The notes under the pieces are model-generated. The model had not been told where the DNA came from. It saw only the letters and a program-made list of their open reading frames with translations, and did not search any database. From Eledone cirrhosa (Eukaryota): 64,000 nt of DNA. This document shows positions 56,470-64,000 of this stretch, one piece after another (within the stretch, counting starts at the first letter, position 1; each line of letters opens with the position of its first letter). The DNA is taken from the NCBI GenBank assembly GCA_964016885.1, contig OZ024742.1, positions 99,820,001 through 99,884,000 of the forward strand. Reading direction: 5' to 3'. Both the position numbers and the translations under genes were made by a program.

Positions 56470-57305
56470 ACTACACCACTGATTCTGTCGTCAAGAACTT
56501 TCTTACTGGGTTCATTCCAGTTAAGATTGAGTAACATTGTGTGTGGTACAATGCTGCAGTACCATAGATGCAAGAAGTACCTCGTGGTAATGTGATTTCC
56601 TGAATTTATTAATATATTTTTACGCCTAGAAGAAATTATAGTGGCGTGCTGAAATCGAAGACGTGAGTGAATTATCTCATTTAATTCCAGCCTCTTTTGG
56701 ACAACCCTCTCGAGGTACACACAGTCGGGGTACAACCAATCGTTTTCAATGTGGTAACAGATACACGAAAGCAAAGCTGGTGAATTCCATCAGAGAGAAT
56801 ACGTGAAAAATATTTTTTTTTTTCCGTGATGTTTACTGGACAATACCTAATGAAGAGCCATATGTTGATTCTGGGTTGACGATGCAACTGACAGCTAGAT
56901 TACACATCACTTACGTAAGTGTTACCAACAGTTTGGTGTTTTGTGAAACTGGCACGGGTTTGAGTATATATCAATAAGTTTTTTATATTTTTATTGACTA
57001 ACTCGATTATCGATTGTTTGATGTTAGTTGTATTAATTTTGTTGGTGATCATAATTAATTTATGGGATATATCAATAATTTTGATATCTTTATTAGACGA
57101 TCTGATGGACGATCGCTTATTAATCATATTAATTTTTGTTGATAACCCTAATTATTTTGTTCATAATTACCACTACACCACTGATTCTCTAGGGAAGTAC
57201 TCTGTTACTGGATTCATTCCAGTTAGCATTGAGTAAGATGGTGGGGCACGATGTTGCACTACCATTGATGCGAGAAGCACCTCATGCTACCTCATGAATT
57301 TATTA

Positions 57306-57309
<4 letters not shown>
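56470..57309 (-). mobile_element. Decayed element bounded by direct repeats of about 145 bp (possible PLE with tandem pLTRs)
   Basis: 56470-56615 matches 57173-57309 (ACTACACCACTGATTCT..TGAATTTATTAATAT). Confidence 0.45.
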
Positions 57310-57347
<38 letters not shown>

Positions 57348-57372
57348 TATATATACATATATACTATATGTG

Positions 57373-57412
<40 letters not shown>

Positions 57413-58572
57413 TGTGTGTCTGTGTGTAGTAAAATATCGGTAGATATGACAAAGTAAAAAGTAAAACGGTATAGTTTTTTCTTCTTCAGACTGCCATCCA
57501 TAAGCTTTGAACTCTTGATAGAAATGATAGAATCGGAGTGGTTTCGTAGTGGTATACGGCACATATATGGCATTTAAACCTGGGGAATTCCATTTTTCTC
57601 TAGGTCTGATCCGATTGCTTCCAGACAAAGAGAAAAGAAAGGTGAGAGATAAAGACAGGGTGAGGTGGGATAAGAGGTGAGCTGAAAGAACGCCTACACT
57701 ACTCTAACTGGTATTTTATTAAACGACTTTGAAATTTGAGCTCAGCAGAGAATTGAAACCAATACTATGAAGCATTCTATCAGACTTCCTAAAGACTCAG
57801 CCAGTATACTTCCTAAATACCAAGTGTACTAAATTATTAAACTTACAACTGTCGAATCAAGAAAGGTCTGCAAACTTATGCTTAATTTCTTAGAAATATC
57901 AGCTAAATATTCTTCAAGCCACCCCATATAACACTTTAAAGAGAATACACAGTAGATCATGCAGTCATGGCTATAGTATGCCTGTAAAATACATTGGAAT
58001 GTATTTTTATCGTAAATATGCTCGATCAGGCTTGGCTTGGGACCAGATAATGTAAAGTGACTTGCGACTATTAGGAACTAGATTCAAACATTTTTGTGAA
58101 CCACCAGACTCCTTGTTTCTTTGTTATTATTGTTAAAGTACAGCAACAATGAAAGTACAACAAAAGCAGAAACACAACTTTGTTAACTAAAATACAACTA
58201 AAGTAAATAAAATACAACAAAAGCAAATAAAGTACAAAAACAACAACTTAAGTACAACAACATATACATCATAACATGTGTATTATAATACCCATGATTA
58301 ACCTACAACAACAGCCAAAGTACAATAACAACATCAACGAAAACCGTAAATTACAATGACAACAACTAATGTACGTCATCAACTAGAGTACAACTAATAT
58401 GCGCAGCAAGTACAATATCAACAACTAATGTTCAACAACAACATCTAAAGTACTACAACAGCAGCAACAATAGTAGAGCTATAACAATCTTAACTATAAT
58501 AAAGAAAGGAGTGCGGGACAGCGTCCAGAATACATTTTTTTATCCCGTTTGTAAAATAAGTTGGATTACTTT

Positions 58573-58774
58573 GAATAAATAATTGTTTCTACTTTTGGCA
58601 CAAGGCCAGCAATTAACCAGTGTATTACTGGTACTTTATTTTATCGACCCCATAAGGATGAAAGGCAAAGTTAACCTCGGCGGGATTTGAACTCAGACCG
58701 TAAAGGGCCGTAACTCTATGCATCAAATCATGGCGTCCGACCCTCTACCGATACTGCCAATCCGAATAAATAAT
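58573..58774 (-). mobile_element. tRNA-derived SINE with 11-bp TSD
   Basis: GAATAAATAAT on both sides. Confidence 0.88.
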
Positions 58775-58963
58775 GAATGAATATTACATAATTTATCTAC
58801 TAAATTTCGTTATTCTTGATTAAATATAAATAATTTTATTGCTTATTTTAAGATTCACTTCTTTAAAATCTTCAAATGTCAACACTTCCGGTTAGCAATC
58901 GCTTAAATAAACATTCATACATTTCCGTCACTAACTTTCTCCTAATGCAGTTTATATAATATA

Positions 58964-60382
58964 CTAAATGGCCCGTCCGGCTGGCGCTCAGCTAGGTATA
59001 CCGGCATTTTATCTTTTCAGGAATCCCCCCTACACTCCAGTGTAAAGATACCTCACGCCCTCTCAAGTCAGCGAGGGGAAGGGGGTGGGGGTTAATGTGC
59101 TCTGATGTTGGGTTTGAATAGTTTTTAGGATTCCCCAGTTCAGCAGCCAGTACGTTAAAGACAATTGATAGTTACAAAAATAAAGGCTGAACAGAGAACA
59201 AATTTTTTCACAAACAATAATTTATACAACCATAATGGAAATTCCAAGTAACAGAAAATATTTAAATTACATTATTAGAGCCTCAGAGTATACCATATTT
59301 TTTGTTCGGCCCTCCGGAGCAAAGATGAAGAGATTGTTTGGCGAGCTCACCCTAGAGCAACCTACATGGGGGAATCTCTGATTTCGTAGCTCGTCTCGCG
59401 GAGAAGCTCTGTAGACGTTGACCTCTGGACACTCATGTCAGGAGCAGGTAAGCTGTAGTGACTTAGAGGCCTACCACCAATCTTCAGGACACTGTTTTCA
59501 AGACAAATGAACACCTCATTGAAAACGACATCATATGTTATGTTTGGATTGTGTCTGCGTGTGTGGTGGAGAATGTCCTCAGATAGACTTTCACTGTGGT
59601 TGTTCCACAGTGCGAGAAGGTCAGCGAGATCGCAGTTGTGCAGCATAACAGCAAAAAGTTTTCGCAGCTGAGAAGGGACTTTAGCAGTTGCTGCTTCTTG
59701 CAGGGTGAGATGCCACTGGCTGCCATCGTGTAACATACCACGCATCTGGCAAGCCACACGGTAAGTGGAACAGTGATGGCCATTGATGGTTCTCAGATCT
59801 TTGAAAGACTGTGGTCCTCTAACCTCGAACAGTAACAATGACGATAAGTCGTCTATGCTTTCGTGAAATAAATAGGTGTTTGTTTGTGTGTATGCAAAAA
59901 TGTCTGTACACGAATATATATATTAAAATAACAGATTAAAGTTTAAGCAAAGAATCGCTTCTTTCTCCCTTAACGGGATCTTCTGAAACTAAAAAAATCC
60001 GTCTGTGAACGCAGAAGTAAATATTTTGAAAAACGTTATCTAATGCAGACAGCCAGACATACAGAGACATATTATAAGGGCGCTACGTTATAGCTATGTA
60101 TCTATCTAAAAAGACAGACAAAGAAAAAGAGGGGAATGTTGTGCGACGTCAAAAGAAATAGTGAGGAATGACGTATAACCGGAAGTGTTGACATTTGAAA
60201 TTTTAAAGAAGTGAATATTTAAATAATGTCTTTAATCTTTTAACAAAATTCAGTAGACAAAAATACCCTCACTTTTTTACTTGGAAAACGTTACATCCAT
60301 GGTGCAAAGTTGGTGCTGTTTGGTCCAGCCGTTTGACGGAAAGTTTGTTACCTACATACGGCCGTCAGCTTTATAGTATAGA
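58964..60382 (-). mobile_element. Internally deleted Helitron with both termini
   Basis: 5' A|TCTATACTATAAAG at 60382; 3' GC-rich segment + TTAG|T at 58964; RepHel linker VRGPQSFKDLRTING..ACQMRGML..LRKLFA fused to the C-terminal CSRVSSPNNLFIFAPEGRTKNMVYSEAL. Confidence 0.85.
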
Positions 60383-61767
60383 TCGTCTTTTTTTAATGTA
60401 TCATGGATTACGTTAAGACGATGTAACGTAGACTTCGTTCAATTTCTGTGTATATTGTCAATTACGATGTTATTTGATGTATCATATATACATGCATATA
60501 TACTTGCGTATAATATCAATATGCACACTACACATGCTAGCGGAAAACCACCCGAAGGGTCGTTTTTCTGCAAGTAATATCTAATTTAACTAAAATAACA
60601 ATGACAACAACAAGACTACCAGCAATAACAAAGTCTTCGGGAAAGAGGGAATGGTCTGGTCTGGAACTAGAGATTAACAAGAATGCCAAATGTATATGAA
60701 ACAAGGTCGTCATTGTACCTGTTAGAAACAACAGCTAACTTAATTTCCACTTTAAAAAGAGAAAGGACTTGCTGGATAATGTAGTCTTACATACACTATG
60801 TCTGAAATAAAGACGGGTCACCATGTTTTGAACGCTTTTAATAATATAGGGCTTTTGGATCAGAAGGTTGACTTGAAATCACACTAGAAAGAATAACAGA
60901 ATATCAGATTTCATGTAGTTATCCGACCAGCTAGAAATAACAGTGAAAATACTCTTTAACATCTTTTAACGAAAACACAAAGAGAATGTTGTACTGGATT
61001 ATGTGAATTGAGATAAACAATATCTGGAAAATTGGGAAGTTCTCGATTCGAATGTCTTTGAACATGAGTCGGCCCGAAGAGAGTTGCCCAGGGTTAAATA
61101 ACAACAGCTTGCCAACATTGTATTTTACCCTTCGCGGGTCATTGCAACAAACTTGACGTTAATAACAAGTTTTACCGCCAAAAATAAATCAACAAAACAA
61201 CAACCATACCAACCGTACCAGTAGAAACTTAATGAGGTTGTTGTTAATGCTATTGTTATTGGTCTTGTTATTGTTATGATTTGTTTTGCTACACTTACTG
61301 TGGGTGACATTCTTCTTATTATTATTATTGTTATTGTAATTGTTGACTTTGCTGCAGCTGCAGCTGTTGGTGTTGTTGTTATTGTTTTGAGTAGCGTTAT
61401 TATTTCGTTTTGTTGTTGTTTTTAGCGTTATTCTTGTTGCTGTTGTTATGCTTCTGTCAACAAAAAATAGAAAAGCAAGATGCAGCCATCTAAATCGGCT
61501 AAATATGAAATTGATTACCGCGCGAACGCGCACGCGCTTGTGTGTGTGTGTGTATGAATGTGTAAGCGAGGTTATGCTGGTGTTTGTGTGTGAAGGTGTC
61601 AATGTTTGTGTGAGAATGTGTGTGAGTGTGTGTGTTTTAAAAGGGAGGGGTGTATAAGGGGATGCTAGAATGAAGATGGAATGGAATAAAATGAGTGTAT
61701 TTATGGTGTGTATGATTGTATGCATGTATACTTTATCTCTCTCTCTCCCTCCCCCTCTCTCTCTCTC

Positions 61768-61822
<55 letters not shown>

Positions 61823-61970
61823 CTGTGTGTTTCTGTGTTTTTCAGTGTGTGTATTTTTGTGTGTGTACACATACTTCTACGTGTGTATATACAGTTTACC
61901 ATTTGTATCCCTACATATCAATATGTATACATACATGTATGTATATAAATATGTGTGTCTGCTTCGGTCT

Positions 61971-62108
<138 letters not shown>

Positions 62109-62380
62109 GTATATGCATTGACAGACGTACAGATAAATATAAGTGTATAATGCAGACATGTGTAGCTCACGTGAAAAGGTCAGTCCAATGAGAAGGACAA
62201 TTACGACAGAGAAGCGACTAGTTCAAACTATTAAGAATCAACTGCCAAGATTCTTTGTCATAGTTAAGACATCTTGGAGCCGGACATACCGAAACTTGTG
62301 GCTTACATTCTCTGACACCCATACACACATTTATACACATATACACATATATACACTCACACGCTCTCATACATATATAC

Positions 62381-62470
<90 letters not shown>

Positions 62471-62545
62471 GTATATACGTATATACATATATATATATAT
62501 GTATATACGTATATACATATACATATATATATATATGTATATATG

Positions 62546-62579
<34 letters not shown>

Positions 62580-63445
62580 CGTATATATATATATATATAT
62601 ATATTGACACACACACACATATGCCTATAGACATAAACATACACAGACATATCCATAGAAGCATCTATACAAATATCAACTTAAATACCTATAATATCTT
62701 AGTCCATTTACTAATGACCCCTTCAGTAAGCGAAATATCAACCATATAAACCACGCATATACAAGAAATAAGATGACGGCCTCATTAGGCTATGGGCTTG
62801 CTCATTTCTTCCCAGGGAAACTACACGAAAAGGCAACAATCTGTAATTATGTACTTATTCACGCACGCTATTTAGTGCGTGTGTATGTGTTTGTGTTTTC
62901 TCTGTGCTTTCCACTATATATGATTGTTTAGTGTATATGAATGTGTGTGTGCGTGTGTGTGTGTGTGTGTGTTTCGATGTGTGTGTGTTTGTGTGTGTCT
63001 GTGCATGTATGCGACTGTGCATGCGTGCTTGCCTCTGTGTTTATTGATTGTGCCTGTTTGTGTGTATGTGAAAGAGATGTCTTCGTGTGTTGTTAGTGAT
63101 TCTGTATGTTTATGTATGTATGGCTTTATGTGTGTACTTAATACGTTTGAATGTTTTGTATCATTATGTGTGTGTATGTGTGCATTTCTGTGTTTCCAAG
63201 TCTGTTTGTGTATGTAATTCTGTTTATGTGGAGCAATACACATAAGCACGAGATCATATTCTTCGTGTCCTGTGACATACAATAATCACTAAAACTCTGA
63301 CCAACTGAGTCGGTGATGAGGTTTCGATTTTAGGGCTTCGTCAGTCACTTGGCTTACATATCGGAGGGGGGGGGGGGGTACATGAATGTTATAAGCTAAC
63401 ATTTCTCATAACACTTTCAGCTTTCAGATATTTAATGAGTGAAGG

Positions 63446-63646
<201 letters not shown>

Positions 63647-64000
63647 GTGGAAATTGTAGTGGAAACGCTGCCCTGTTACCAAACTGTAATATTTTTGATA
63701 GTTCAATAATTAATTCGCTGATCACGGGTTCAAATTCTACCTCGGGTGCACAATTCTACCTTGTATCTGCACAGATCGATATATATGCAATAGATCAATA
63801 GATAATAATTCCTATTTCCACTGCCTCCTGTAGATATTTGAAATATAGAAATTTGAAAAATTATGATGTTCTGACCTCATGTTTCGGTAAAGGAAATCAC
63901 TGGCCCCATGTGAGCACTATATTATACCTTCTAAATATAACAGCCAATTCTCCCTCAACACCATTCCGTTTCTGGAAAAGGAAGAGTATATAGGTTAATG

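Noticed and set aside
63312-63350. Hammerhead-like GTGA-CTGACGA..GAAA..TCAC on the minus strand
   Set aside because: Stems II and III do not pair convincingly; at best a decayed copy.

Overview
AT-rich, microsatellite-dense animal DNA, intergenic or intronic. The dominant tRNA-derived SINE family and the (TA)n/(CA)n density suggest a cephalopod such as Octopus; this is inference. I find no supportable host protein-coding exon, and most ORF-track entries are microsatellite translations. The window is a graveyard of decayed mobile elements: Penelope-like retroelements (PLEs; Naiad-like and Hydra-like RT/GIY-YIG remnants), R4/Dong, CRE, CR1/L2-group, RTE and Tx1/L1 LINE fragments, a Chapaev3-like DNA transposon, Helitrons, a hAT MITE and more than a dozen SINEs. 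The most striking unannotated structure is about 11 type I hammerhead ribozyme motifs plus several half or variant ones. Many sit in short palindromic (fold-back) PLE termini inside (TA)n tracts. In several copies the inversion axis falls within the ribozyme itself, and two families carry non-canonical cores (U3:A8 covariant; A4). All folds were done by eye and need computational and biochemical confirmation.
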